Shown: in pieces, positions 1 through 9,670 of the stretch
How the letters are laid out: the number at the start of each line of letters is the position of its first letter
Position numbering within the stretch: the first letter of the stretch is position 1
DNA from: Candidatus Oxydemutatoraceae bacterium
GTDB lineage: Bacteria; Pseudomonadota; Gammaproteobacteria; Poriferisulfidales; Oxydemutatoraceae
Direction: 5' to 3'
Assembly (NCBI GenBank): GCA_965220085.1
Contig: CBDCOZ010000003.1
Coordinates: 768,001-832,000, forward strand
DNA length: 64,000 bases
Notes under the pieces: model-generated
Database searches by the model: none
What the model was told of the DNA's origin: nothing
What the model saw: only the letters and a program-made list of their open reading frames with translations
Made by a program: the position numbers and the translations under genes

Positions 1-36
1 GCATAGGGTATAAATCAGATACACAGCTTGGAAGTC

Positions 37-345
37 ATGATTATCAGCGTCCCCAAAGAATCATTTGCCGGTGAAAAGCGGGTTGCGCTAACCCCCGATG
101 TCGCACCGCGCATAGCCAAGTTGGGTTATGTGCTGCGCATAGAGCGCGGCGCGGGCGCGGCCGCCGGCTTTGCCGATGCCGACTACGAACAAGCGGGCGT
201 CGCGCCGACGGATGCCGTTGCGATTTGGCGCGATACCGACATCATCATGAAGGTGCGACCGGTGAGCGCAGAAGAAGCCGACAAGATTGGGCGCGGCCGC
301 CGCATCATGCATGCCTATTGCAAGCGACAAAGGCATAGGGTATAA
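37..345 (+). pseudogene. Truncated duplicate of the pntA 5' end (332-bp tandem duplication)
   Basis: Bases 1..~297 match 333..~629 apart from a few SNPs. The frame diverges after ADK into upstream sequence and stops at 345. Confidence 0.8.
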
Positions 346-346
346 A
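318..346 (+). promoter_or_regulatory. Putative sigma70 promoter of pntAB
   Basis: TTGCAA (318-323), 17-nt spacer, TATAAA (341-346), about 22 nt upstream of the ATG at 369. Confidence 0.45.
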
Positions 347-368
347 TCAGATACACAGCTTGGAAGTC

Positions 369-1919
369 ATGATTATCAGCGTCCCCAAAGAATCATTTGC
401 CGGTGAAAAGCGGGTTGCGCTAACCCCCGATGTCGCACCGCGCATAGCCAAGTTGGGTTATGTGTTGCGCATAGAGCGCGGCGCGGGCGCGGCCGCCGGC
501 TTTGCCGATGCCGACTACGAACAAGCGGGCGTCGCGCCGACGGATGCCGTTGCGATTTGGCGCGATACCGACATCATCATGAAGGTGCGGCCGGTGAGCG
601 CAGAAGAAGCCGACAAGGTGGGGCGCGGCGCTGCGCTCATCAGTTTCTTCTGGCCCGCGCAAAACCCGCAACTGCTCCAACGCCTCGCCGACCGCGGCGT
701 CAATGTGCTCGCAATGGATTGCGTGCCGCGCCTGTCGCGCGCGCAGAAAATGGATGCGCTGAGTTCCATGGCGAACATCGGCGGCTACCGCGCAGTGATA
801 GAAGCCGCCCACGCCTTCGGACGCTTTTTCACCGGCCAAGTGACCGCCGCCGGCAAGGTCGCGCCGGCAAAGATACTGATCATCGGCGCCGGAGTCGCGG
901 GCTTAGCGGCGCTAGGCGTCGCAAAAAGCATGGGAGCCATCGTCCGCGCCTTTGATACCCGCCCCGAAGTAAAAGAGCAAGTAGAAAGTCTGGGCGGCGA
1001 GTTTCTGGAGTCGGATTTCGCCTCCGAATCGGGCGCCGGCGCCGGCGGTTATGCCAAAGCGATGAGCGATGAATCCGCCGCCGCCGCAGAAGCATTGCTC
1101 GCCGAGCAAGCGCAAGAAGTCGATATCATCATCACCACCGCGCTGATCCCCGGCAAGCCCGCCCCCAAGCTGATCACAGCCGCCATGGTAAAAAGCATGA
1201 AGCCCGGCAGCGTCATCGTAGACATGGCGGCGGAGCAAGGCGGCAACTGCGAACTGACCCAAGCCGGCGCGGCGGTTGCGCGCGAAGGTGTCAGCATCAT
1301 CGGCTACACCGACTTGCCCGCGCGGCTGGCAGCGCAATCATCGCAGTTGTATAGCACGAACCTGTGTCACTTGCTGGCCGAACTAACCCCGAACAAAGAC
1401 GGTGTCATAGCGATCAACACGGAGGACGAAGTGTTGCGAGGCGTCACCGCCGCATTAGATGGCACCGTGACATGGCCGCCGCCCGCGCCGAAACTCTCCG
1501 CCGCACCGCAGAAGCCGCCTGCCGCCGCACCCGCCGAGCCACCGGTTGCGCCGCCCAAAGAAATGAGCGCGGCGTCAAGACTCAAACTAACCATAGGCGC
1601 CATGGCCGTTGCCTTGCTGGCGTTGCTCGGCGTCGGCAGCATAGCGCCGCCCGAGTTCATGGCGCACTTCACGGTATTCGTGCTGGCGTGTTTTGTCGGC
1701 TACCAAGTCATCTGGAACGTCACCCCGGCGCTGCACACGCCCCTGATGAGCGTCACCAATGCGATCAGCGGGATCATCGTCATCGGCGCGCTGTTGCAGA
1801 TTTCATCATCATCATGGCTGATTGGCGCGCTGGCCTTCGTCGCCGTGTTCATCGCCTCAATCAACATTGCCGGCGGCTTCTTAGTGACGCAAAGAATGTT
1901 AAAGATGTTCAGGAAGTGA
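369..1919 (+). CDS. pntA: NAD(P) transhydrogenase subunit alpha
   Basis: [35 protein letters not shown] Rossmann motif, C-terminal TM part [21 protein letters not shown] 369 preferred over TTG 360. Confidence 0.97.
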   Translation: MIISVPKESFAGEKRVALTPDVAPRIAKLGYVLRIERGAGAAAGFADADYEQAGVAPTDAVAIWRDTDIIMKVRPVSAEEADKVGRGAALISFFWPAQNPQLLQRLADRGVNVLAMDCVPRLSRAQKMDALSSMANIGGYRAVIEAAHAFGRFFTGQVTAAGKVAPAKILIIGAGVAGLAALGVAKSMGAIVRAFDTRPEVKEQVESLGGEFLESDFASESGAGAGGYAKAMSDESAAAAEALLAEQAQEVDIIITTALIPGKPAPKLITAAMVKSMKPGSVIVDMAAEQGGNCELTQAGAAVAREGVSIIGYTDLPARLAAQSSQLYSTNLCHLLAELTPNKDGVIAINTEDEVLRGVTAALDGTVTWPPPAPKLSAAPQKPPAAAPAEPPVAPPKEMSAASRLKLTIGAMAVALLALLGVGSIAPPEFMAHFTVFVLACFVGYQVIWNVTPALHTPLMSVTNAISGIIVIGALLQISSSSWLIGALAFVAVFIASINIAGGFLVTQRMLKMFRK

Positions 1920-1983
1920 GTATCTCGGGTCATGTCGTTTAACGAAGGTATGTTAGCCGCCGCTTATAGCGCCGCCCGAGTTC

Positions 1984-2244
1984 ATGGCGCACTTCACGGT
2001 ATTCGTGCTGGCGTGTTTTGTCGGCTACCAAGTCATCTGGAACGTCACCCCGGCGCTGCACACGCCCCTGATGAGCGTCACCAATGCGATCAGCGGGATC
2101 ATCGTCATCGGCGCGCTGTTGCAGATTTCATCATCATCATGGCTGATTGGCGCGCTGGCCTTCGTCGCCGTGTTCATCGCCTCAATCAACATTGCCGGCG
2201 GCTTCTTAGTGACGCAAAGAATGCTAAAAATGTTCAGGAAGTGA
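1984..2244 (+). CDS. Duplicated PntA C-terminal membrane domain (86 aa), copy 1
   Basis: Identical to the last 86 aa of PntA; no clear RBS. Confidence 0.5.
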   Translation: MAHFTVFVLACFVGYQVIWNVTPALHTPLMSVTNAISGIIVIGALLQISSSSWLIGALAFVAVFIASINIAGGFLVTQRMLKMFRK

Positions 2245-2308
2245 GTATCTCGGATCATGTCATTTAACGAAGGTATGTTAGCCGCCGCTTATAGCGCCGC
2301 CCGAGTTC

Positions 2309-2569
2309 ATGGCGCACTTCACGGTATTCGTGCTGGCGTGTTTTGTCGGCTACCAAGTCATCTGGAACGTCACCCCGGCGCTGCACACGCCCCTGATGAG
2401 CGTCACCAATGCGATCAGCGGGATTATCGTCATCGGCGCGCTGTTGCAGATTTCATCATCATCATGGCTGATTGGCGCGCTGGCCTTCGTCGCCGTGTTC
2501 GTCGCCTCAATCAACATTGCCGGCGGCTTCTTAGTGACGCAAAGAATGTTAAAGATGTTCAGGAAGTGA
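2309..2569 (+). CDS. Duplicated PntA C-terminal membrane domain, copy 2
   Basis: Same as copy 1 with one I-to-V change. Confidence 0.5.
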   Translation: MAHFTVFVLACFVGYQVIWNVTPALHTPLMSVTNAISGIIVIGALLQISSSSWLIGALAFVAVFVASINIAGGFLVTQRMLKMFRK

Positions 2570-2633
2570 GTATCTCGGGTCATGTCGTTTAACGAAGGTA
2601 TGTTAGCCGCCGCTTATAGCGCCGCCCGAGTTC

Positions 2634-2894
2634 ATGGCGCACTTCACGGTATTCGTGCTGGCGTGTTTTGTCGGCTACCAAGTCATCTGGAACGTCACCC
2701 CGGCGCTGCACACGCCCCTGATGAGCGTCACCAATGCGATCAGCGGAATCATCGTCATCGGCGCGCTGTTGCAGATTTCATCATCATCATGGCTGATTGG
2801 CGCGCTGGCCTTCGTCGCCGTGTTCATCGCCTCAATCAACATTGCCGGCGGCTTCTTAGTGACGCAAAGAATGCTAAAAATGTTCAGGAAGTGA
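2634..2894 (+). CDS. Duplicated PntA C-terminal membrane domain, copy 3
   Basis: Identical to the PntA C-terminus. Confidence 0.5.
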   Translation: MAHFTVFVLACFVGYQVIWNVTPALHTPLMSVTNAISGIIVIGALLQISSSSWLIGALAFVAVFIASINIAGGFLVTQRMLKMFRK

Positions 2895-2958
2895 GTATCT
2901 CGGATCATGTCATTTAACGAAGGTATGTTGTCCGCCGCTTATAGCGCCGCCCGAGTTC

Positions 2959-3219
2959 ATGGCGCACTTCACGGTATTCGTGCTGGCGTGTTTTGTCGGC
3001 TACCAAGTCATCTGGAACGTCACCCCGGCGCTGCACACGCCCCTGATGAGCGTCACCAATGCGATCAGCGGGATCATCGTCATCGGCGCGCTGTTGCAGA
3101 TTTCATCATCATCATGGCTGATTGGCGCGCTGGCCTTCGTCGCCGTGTTCGTCGCCTCCATCAACATTGCCGGCGGCTTCTTAGTGACGCAAAGAATGCT
3201 AAAAATGTTCAGGAAGTGA
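2959..3219 (+). CDS. Duplicated PntA C-terminal membrane domain, copy 4
   Basis: Same as copy 1 with one I-to-V change. Confidence 0.5.
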   Translation: MAHFTVFVLACFVGYQVIWNVTPALHTPLMSVTNAISGIIVIGALLQISSSSWLIGALAFVAVFVASINIAGGFLVTQRMLKMFRK

Positions 3220-3283
3220 GTATCTCGGATCATGTCATTTAACGAAGGTATGTTGTCCGCCGCTTATAGCGCCGCCCGAGTTC

Positions 3284-3544
3284 ATGGCGCACTTCACGGT
3301 ATTCGTGCTGGCGTGTTTTGTCGGCTACCAAGTCATCTGGAACGTCACCCCGGCGCTGCACACGCCCCTGATGAGCGTCACCAATGCGATCAGCGGGATC
3401 ATCGTCATCGGCGCGCTGTTGCAGATTTCATCATCATCATGGCTGATTGGCGCGCTGGCCTTCGTCGCCGTGTTCATCGCCTCAATCAACATTGCCGGCG
3501 GCTTCTTAGTGACGCAAAGAATGCTAAAGATGTTCAGGAAGTGA
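3284..3544 (+). CDS. Duplicated PntA C-terminal membrane domain, copy 5
   Basis: Identical to the PntA C-terminus. Confidence 0.5.
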   Translation: MAHFTVFVLACFVGYQVIWNVTPALHTPLMSVTNAISGIIVIGALLQISSSSWLIGALAFVAVFIASINIAGGFLVTQRMLKMFRK

Positions 3545-3556
3545 GTATCTCGGGTC

Positions 3557-4942
3557 ATGTCATTTAACGAAGGTATGTTAGCCGCCGCGTATATCGCCGC
3601 CGCCGTGCTGTTCATTTTGAGCCTGTCCGGCCTGAGCCATCAAGAGACGGCCCGCCGCGGCAACATCTGCGGCATCATCGGCATGGCCATCGCCATACTC
3701 GCGACCGCACTCAACCCCGATGTCGACGCTTACATGCGGATAGCCATCGCGATGGCCTTGGGCGCCGCCGTCGGCATGTATCTGGCGAGGAAAGTGGCGA
3801 TGACGCAGATGCCCGAACTGGTGGCCATCCTGCACAGCCTCGTCGGCTTGGCGGCGGTACTGGTCGGCTTTGCGAGTTACAGCGACCCGTCTTCGGCGCG
3901 CATCGGCGCCGCGCAAACGATATACGAAGTTGAAATTTATCTCGGCGTTCTCATCGGCGCGGTGACGTTTTCCGGCTCGGTTATCGCCTGGGGAAAATTG
4001 AGCGGCGCCATCGGAAGCAAACCGCTGCTGCTGCCCGCGCACCACTGGCTGAACTCGGCCATCTTGGCGGCGGTCATCGTCATCGGCCACTGGTTCATAG
4101 GCAACGATGCCGGCGCGCTGCCGCTGTTGCTGATGACCGCGCTGGCGTTGTTATTCGGCGCGCACATGGTGATGGCGATAGGCGGCGCCGACATGCCGGT
4201 GGTCATCTCCATGCTCAACAGTTACTCCGGTTGGGCGGCGGCGGCGACCGGATTCATGTTGTCCAACGACCTGCTGATCGTCGTCGGCGCTTTGGTCGGC
4301 AGTTCCGGCGCCATTTTGAGTTACATCATGTGCCGCGCGATGAACCGCAAATTCCTCCGAGTCATTCTGGGCGGCTTTGGAGAATCCGCGGCGAGCGGCG
4401 ACAGCGCGGACGCGCAAGGCGAAGCGGTCTCCGTCTCCGCCGAAGAAGTCGGCGGCTTGCTGGGCGATGCGCAAGAGGTTGTGATAGTGCCCGGCTATGG
4501 CATGGCGGTCGCCAATGCGCAACACGCGGTGTCGCGGCTCACACAGATATTGCGCGAGCGGGGCGTCCGCGTGCGTTTCGCCATCCACCCGGTCGCGGGG
4601 CGCATGCCCGGGCACATGAATGTCCTGCTTGCCGAAGCGCAGATTCCCTATGACCTGGTGCTGGAGATGGATGAAATTAACGCCGACTTTCCGCAAACCG
4701 ACGCAGCCATCGTCATCGGCGCCAACGACATCGTAAACCCGTCGGCGCAAGAAAGCGCGAACAGCCCGATTGCCGGCATGCCGGTGCTGGAAGTATGGAA
4801 CGCAAAAACCGTCATCGTCTCCAAGCGGAGCATGGCCGCCGGATACTCCGGCGTCGAGAACCCGCTCTTTTTCAAAGACAACACGCGCATGCTGTTTGGC
4901 GATGCGCGCAACAGCATGGATGCGGTCTGCGCATCGCTATAA
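3557..4942 (+). CDS. pntB: NAD(P) transhydrogenase subunit beta
   Basis: [74 protein letters not shown]. Confidence 0.97.
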   Translation: MSFNEGMLAAAYIAAAVLFILSLSGLSHQETARRGNICGIIGMAIAILATALNPDVDAYMRIAIAMALGAAVGMYLARKVAMTQMPELVAILHSLVGLAAVLVGFASYSDPSSARIGAAQTIYEVEIYLGVLIGAVTFSGSVIAWGKLSGAIGSKPLLLPAHHWLNSAILAAVIVIGHWFIGNDAGALPLLLMTALALLFGAHMVMAIGGADMPVVISMLNSYSGWAAAATGFMLSNDLLIVVGALVGSSGAILSYIMCRAMNRKFLRVILGGFGESAASGDSADAQGEAVSVSAEEVGGLLGDAQEVVIVPGYGMAVANAQHAVSRLTQILRERGVRVRFAIHPVAGRMPGHMNVLLAEAQIPYDLVLEMDEINADFPQTDAAIVIGANDIVNPSAQESANSPIAGMPVLEVWNAKTVIVSKRSMAAGYSGVENPLFFKDNTRMLFGDARNSMDAVCASL

Positions 4943-5069
4943 GTGTTCGGTTTCGCCCGCCGCAACAAAACCGCCCGCACAAAACTGTCCGCGCAAAACC
5001 GCCCGCGCACAAAACCGTCATCGCCGCCTCACGGATGCGGCACAAACCGCGCATTGCCCCCGCGGGCAA

Positions 5070-5272
5070 TCATGCCTCTCTTTGCTCGGCGATGCGGGCG
5101 CCGACCCCGCCGCCCGGCGTTTCTTTCATCGATCAGTTTCCGCGCCCGCCTCAAAAGGGCCGCTGTGCGGCGCCGACGCTCCGGTGACAGAGGGCAATCT
5201 GCGGCTACGCCTTTTCCCGGAAGCCCCCCTGCGCTTGCGGCTACGCCTTTTCCTTGAAGACCCTTGCAATAA
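5070..5272 (+). pseudogene. Eroded 3' remnant of an FLEGPLR-tail gene, with two degenerate tails
   Basis: tttctttcatcgatcagtttccgcgcccgcctcaaaagggccgctgtgc resembles tttctttcaaggatcagtctcccacgcccgcatcggaagggccgctgtgt in the 30-35 kb genes. Translates as ASKGPLCGADAPVTEGNLRLRLFPEAPLRLRLRLFLEDP. Confidence 0.75.
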
Positions 5273-5347
5273 TGCGGGTATCCTGCGGCAGAGCAGGGGA
5301 GTATTACGGGGCGCAGACAAGGGGAATAAGGCAGGATACAAGGGCGC

Positions 5348-5375
5348 TTGCAAATGATTGACACTGTGGTATAGT
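5348..5375 (+). promoter_or_regulatory. Conserved promoter of tail-gene unit 1
   Basis: TTGCAA, 16-nt spacer, TGn-TATAGT; homologous to 18923-18951 and 29951-29978. Confidence 0.6.
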
Positions 5376-5464
5376 GCGATTCATAAAGGATGGTCGGAGA
5401 CACCAGCGCTGTTTTTCTTGCAAAAGGCTTGTGCTTTAGCAGACTACGGCGCTAAGAGTACCGA

Positions 5465-5625
5465 CATTAAGCAGTCCACAAACAGTTTGTGGAGCGCAAA
5501 CAGTGATGGAACGCAAACAATTTGAGGAACCACAAACAATTAAATATTGTTTGTGCTCTTATACCGTTTGTGCCTCTTATTACCGTGCCTCTAAATACTG
5601 TTTGTGTACATAATAACTTGCATTT
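5465..5625 (+). repeat. CACAAACA/TGTTTGTG direct and inverted repeat cluster in the leader of unit 1
   Basis: ccacaaacagtttgtgg palindrome; cacaaacaattaaatattgtttgtg inverted repeat; several gtttgtg copies. Confidence 0.7.
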
Positions 5626-5654
5626 ACCGGAGATAAACCATGAGGAGTAATAGC

Positions 5655-7463
5655 ATGAACCGACAAAATTTTAATACTGCCCCCTCTAGCATGCGGAAGC
5701 AATTGTGTTTGCAAGCATATAGCGAGAATCAAGAGAATGTTAATATTACCCCCCCCCCCCCCCCCCCGCGTTGTCAGGGCAGGGTAACCCGGCATAGCCT
5801 CTGGTCGCTTCTTCTGCCGCTCCTGCTTGCGCTCTGCGCTCAGGCGCAAGCGCAGACCGATAGCCACGCCATAGGCGCGCCTATCGTCACAGCGGCGGAC
5901 AGCGCCGACTTGACGATAGCGGGCTCCGCCGAGGACAGCATCTTCATCGCCGCCCAGAGCGCCATAGCCTATGCCGATGGCATAACCGCCTTCGGCCACA
6001 CCCGGGGCATGACAAGCGGCGAGCTTGACGGTGCTGCCAACTCTGTCAACAACCCCCCGACGATCATCCATGCCGCTGACACCAGCGAGACTCCGCGTCG
6101 GCAAGCGCCCGGCAAAGACGGACAGGCCGGGCCCGGCGACGACGACATACAGCCGATAGCGACAGACAACACCAGAGCCACCGCGATCGCAGTCACATTG
6201 GGAACCCCGGTATCAGCGACCATCTCACCGGGAGGGGATGTTGATTTCTACAGCTTCACGCTGACTTCGTCCCTGGTGGTCACTATTCAAACCACAGGCA
6301 TGACTGATGTAGATGGGGAACTGCAGAACAGTACGGGCACAGTATTGGAATCTGATGATGATCAGGCCGCCAACCTCAACTTCAGGATTGACAGACATCT
6401 TAATGCGGGCACTTACTACATAAGAGTTTTCGGCTCCAACGGTGCAATAACAGGAAACTACAGTCTGAGCGTAACAAGCGACTCCACAAGAGATGGCGCA
6501 AACGCAATAACATTGGGAGCCACTGTATCAGATTCTATCTCACCGAATACGGATATTGATTACTACCGTTTTGCGCTGGCTTCGCCCTCAGCGGTCACTA
6601 TTCAAACCATAGGCACAGCACTTAACACTACAGGACAACTGCAGGACAGTACGGGCACAGTATTGGAATCTGATCGTAGCAGCGGCGCAGGCGGCAACTT
6701 CAGGATTCAAAGAATTCTTGGCGCGGGAACTTATTACATAAGAGTTGCCAGCAGTGTCTCCAGTCAAGGAACATTCGAAGCAGGAAATTACGGTCTGAGC
6801 GTAACAGGCGCAACCGCAGTAACAGCGAGAACCCCCGTATCGGATTCCATCTCCAGGACGGGGGATGTTGATTACTACCGTTTTGCGCTGGCCTCGCCCG
6901 CACCGGTTGTTATTGAAACCACAGGCATGACTGACACCAAAGGACAACTGCATAACAGCGCGGGCACAGTATTGGAAGCTGATAACAATGACGGCACAGG
7001 CGCCAACTTCAGGATTGAAAGAGTTCTTAGCGCGGGCGCTTATTTCATAAGAGTTGCCGGTCAGGTCTTGGAGCTAACAACAGGAAATTACGGTCTGAGC
7101 GTAACAGAGGTTAGTACAACCCCAGTGACAGTGGGAACCCCGGTATCAGGGTCCATCTCACCGGCGGGAGATGTTGATTACTACAGTTTTACCCTGGCCC
7201 AGCCCTTAGCGGTCATTATTGAAACCACAGGCACGAGTAACCCATCAGGGCAACTGCTAGACAGCGCGGGCACAGAACTGGGCAGAGATTTTCTTAGCGG
7301 CGCGGGCGATAATTTCAGGATTGAAAGAGAGCTTGGCGCGGGCGATTATTTCATAAGAGTTCAAGGCCAGGTCCCCTCGGTAACAGGAAATTACGGTCTG
7401 AGCGTCACAACCACAGACATACGTTTGCGGCTGCGCCTCTTCCTTGAGGGCCCCCTGCGGTAG
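5655..7463 (+). CDS. Secreted protein with four PPC-like (pre-peptidase C-terminal) repeats and FLEGPLR tail; poly-C in frame
   Basis: GAGGAG RBS then ATG 5655. C19 gives TPPPPPP, followed by signal peptide LLLPLLLALCAQAQA. Four repeats of ISPxGDVDYYxFxL...NFRIxRxLxAGxYxIRV; ends DIRLRLRLFLEGPLR. Confidence 0.85.
   Translation: MNRQNFNTAPSSMRKQLCLQAYSENQENVNITPPPPPPRCQGRVTRHSLWSLLLPLLLALCAQAQAQTDSHAIGAPIVTAADSADLTIAGSAEDSIFIAAQSAIAYADGITAFGHTRGMTSGELDGAANSVNNPPTIIHAADTSETPRRQAPGKDGQAGPGDDDIQPIATDNTRATAIAVTLGTPVSATISPGGDVDFYSFTLTSSLVVTIQTTGMTDVDGELQNSTGTVLESDDDQAANLNFRIDRHLNAGTYYIRVFGSNGAITGNYSLSVTSDSTRDGANAITLGATVSDSISPNTDIDYYRFALASPSAVTIQTIGTALNTTGQLQDSTGTVLESDRSSGAGGNFRIQRILGAGTYYIRVASSVSSQGTFEAGNYGLSVTGATAVTARTPVSDSISRTGDVDYYRFALASPAPVVIETTGMTDTKGQLHNSAGTVLEADNNDGTGANFRIERVLSAGAYFIRVAGQVLELTTGNYGLSVTEVSTTPVTVGTPVSGSISPAGDVDYYSFTLAQPLAVIIETTGTSNPSGQLLDSAGTELGRDFLSGAGDNFRIERELGAGDYFIRVQGQVPSVTGNYGLSVTTTDIRLRLRLFLEGPLR
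5749..5767 (+). repeat. Poly-C tract C19 (in frame)
   Basis: Counted directly from the sequence. Confidence 0.9.
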
Positions 7464-7494
7464 CGCGGACAATTCACATGCAGGAGACCTAATA

Positions 7495-7632
7495 ATGTTT
7501 GTATCAATTCACTCTCTTAGAATTTGCGCGCCGATGATGCTCGCTTGCGCTTTCGCATTCGCCGCGAGCAGTGCGCAAGCGCAAACCAATTGTCCGGATG
7601 GGCAGGAGAATGTTCGCGTGCAGGAGACTTAA
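7495..7632 (+). pseudogene. Truncated duplicate of the 5' end (RBS and signal peptide) of the Cys-rich genes
   Basis: MFVSIHSLRICAPMMLACAFAFAASSAQAQTNCPDGQENVR then stop; about 140-bp duplication of the starts at 7635 and 9008. Confidence 0.75.
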
Positions 7633-7634
7633 TA

Positions 7635-8975
7635 ATGTTTGCATCAATTCACTCCCTTAAAATTTGCGCGGCGATGATGCTCGCTTGCGCTTTCGCATTC
7701 GCCGCGAGCAGCGCGCAAGCGCAAACCGAATGCCCGACGGACAGGCCGCTGACGAACGGAGACGCTTGCGTTGCCAATTGTCCGGATGGGCGGGAGAATG
7801 TTCGCGGAATTTGCCGCGATGTCTGCGCCGAGGGGGAAATACGGCTCACCTCTCAAAGGCCGGGTGCGGAATGGAACACCGGGTGCTTTCCCGCTTCCGT
7901 AGGTCCAATTCTGGATGCCTGTGAAGACGCGGGATGGGCAGGTCGCGAGGATGCTGGGGCATTCTTCGGCCTCGGAGAAGTGATTTGCAGAATTCCCTCC
8001 GAATTGCTTATTAGCACCGGCACAGCCGCATCCAGCGGGTCACAATGTTATATGCATGGAGATACTAGCCCGGCCTGCCAAAGCATGTACGGCGACCCGC
8101 CGGTTTTTCCGAAAGCGACGGACCATCCCAATGTTAATAGATTCGACATTAACGGAAATGCCATTGGAGATCACTTTGTGGCAAATTGCGACCGGGATGG
8201 GAGTGTCCCCGGCGGTTATCCGCCGAACCACAACATTGGCGGCGCAATCGAATGCTCCTGCAATTTGGACTCGCACATCGGCGAGTATCCGGACTGCGTT
8301 GCCGCGCCGACTCTGACCCGCGCCCAGCGGGAGGCGGTTAGCGCATGCGTGAGTCAAGGGTGGACTATTTCCACTACCACCGCCCCCATCCAATGCGAAA
8401 TCCCGCTGACTTCGGGCGGGACGGATTATCCCGGCGGTTGCTTTTTTAGCGGGGGAGAGCCGTTGTGCGCGGAGGTGTTCGGAGAAGAACACGACTTTCC
8501 CGTCAGAATGCTTTCGGGGTTGGCGGGGAATCTTTTCAACGGCTTTAAAGCCATTGCCGACCTCTCCGGAAATCCCCTGTATATCAAAACCGCGGCGGGA
8601 GTTTATCGGGATGCGGTTTTGGCGCGATACGAAGGCGACTCGGACTATCTTGCCGGCCCGCTTGCTAACATAGAGGCCAACTCCGATGGCGACAACTCTA
8701 CCATTGTCATTACGGTGTCGGGGAAAGTGTTCACAGACAACGAGATTCCTTTTGATTATTCCGGAAGCGGGACAAACCAGGCGGCGCGGCTTGCGGCGTT
8801 GCCCGGGTTGATTACCGCGGCGTTTGCCATGATTCCGGTTCGGCAGCCGTATGTTTTCAACTGCGGGGAGGGCATGTCTCCGGCGGGTGCGAATCTGAAT
8901 GGGGCAACGGAATGCGTTCGCCAGACGAACCTGCGCTTGCGGCTGCGCCTCTTCCTTGAGGGCCCCCTGCGGTAG
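7635..8975 (+). CDS. Secreted Cys-rich protein with FLEGPLR tail
   Basis: AGGAGA RBS, ATG 7635, signal peptide ending AQA. Two related Cys-rich modules (CxxxGW...CxIP...C...PxC...FP...NC...NxxGAxEC); ends NLRLRLRLFLEGPLR. Confidence 0.85.
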   Translation: MFASIHSLKICAAMMLACAFAFAASSAQAQTECPTDRPLTNGDACVANCPDGRENVRGICRDVCAEGEIRLTSQRPGAEWNTGCFPASVGPILDACEDAGWAGREDAGAFFGLGEVICRIPSELLISTGTAASSGSQCYMHGDTSPACQSMYGDPPVFPKATDHPNVNRFDINGNAIGDHFVANCDRDGSVPGGYPPNHNIGGAIECSCNLDSHIGEYPDCVAAPTLTRAQREAVSACVSQGWTISTTTAPIQCEIPLTSGGTDYPGGCFFSGGEPLCAEVFGEEHDFPVRMLSGLAGNLFNGFKAIADLSGNPLYIKTAAGVYRDAVLARYEGDSDYLAGPLANIEANSDGDNSTIVITVSGKVFTDNEIPFDYSGSGTNQAARLAALPGLITAAFAMIPVRQPYVFNCGEGMSPAGANLNGATECVRQTNLRLRLRLFLEGPLR

Positions 8976-9007
8976 CGCGGACAATTCACATGCAGGATAC
9001 ATTAATA

Positions 9008-9670
9008 ATGTTTGCATCAACTCACTCCCTTAAAGTTTGCGCGGCGATGATGCTCGCTTGCGCATTCGCATTCGCCGCGAACAGTGCGCAAGCGCAAACC
9101 AATTGTCCGGATGGGCAGGAGAATGTTCGCGGAACTTGCCGCGCTGTCTGCGCCGAGGGGGAAATACGGATTACTTCTCAAAAGCCGGGTGAGGCATGGA
9201 ACACCGGGTGCTTTCCCGCTTCCGTAGGCGCAATTCTGGATGACTGTGAAGACGCGGGATGGGCAGGCCGCGAGGCGGCTTCAATCTACTCCCTCGGAGA
9301 CGCGGCTTGCGAAATTCCCTCCGCAATATTTACTAGCACCGGCACAGCCGTAAGCAGCGGGTCTGAATGTTTTGTGCATGGAGGCAAGAACCCGGACTGC
9401 AAAAGCATGTACGGCGACCCGCCGGTTTTTCCGAAAGCGGCGGAACATCCCAATGTTAATAAAATTGTTGGCGGAAATGCCCTTGGGGATTTCTTTTTTG
9501 CAAACTGCGACCGAGATGGGGAAGTCCCCGGCGGCTATCCGCCCGACCACAACCTCAACGGCGCAACCGAATGCGTATGCAATCCGAGTTCGCACTGGGG
9601 CGACTGGCCGAACTGCGCTCCGGGTCCGCGCTTGCGGCTGCGCATCTTCCTTGAAGGCCCGTTGCGATAG
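9008..9670 (+). CDS. Secreted Cys-rich protein (single-module paralog) with FLEGPLR tail
   Basis: Paralog of 7635..8975; ends GPRLRLRIFLEGPLR. Confidence 0.85.
   Translation: MFASTHSLKVCAAMMLACAFAFAANSAQAQTNCPDGQENVRGTCRAVCAEGEIRITSQKPGEAWNTGCFPASVGAILDDCEDAGWAGREAASIYSLGDAACEIPSAIFTSTGTAVSSGSECFVHGGKNPDCKSMYGDPPVFPKAAEHPNVNKIVGGNALGDFFFANCDRDGEVPGGYPPDHNLNGATECVCNPSSHWGDWPNCAPGPRLRLRIFLEGPLR

Larger units (their letters stand above)
1641..3590 (+). repeat. Six tandem copies of a 325-bp unit spanning the pntA 3' end and pntB start
   Basis: Units start at 1641, 1966, 2291, 2616, 2941 and 3266. Junction microhomology ATAGCGCCGCC/ATATCGCCGCC; scattered SNPs between copies. Confidence 0.95.

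Noticed and set aside
1932-3567. Five 111-aa ORFs starting MSFNEGML
   Set aside because: They are out-of-frame by-products of the 325-bp duplication, not a protein family.
4770-5357. 195-aa ORF containing LRLRLFLEDP
   Set aside because: It overlaps pntB out of frame and has no signal peptide; only its 3' part is a genuine remnant (listed as a pseudogene).
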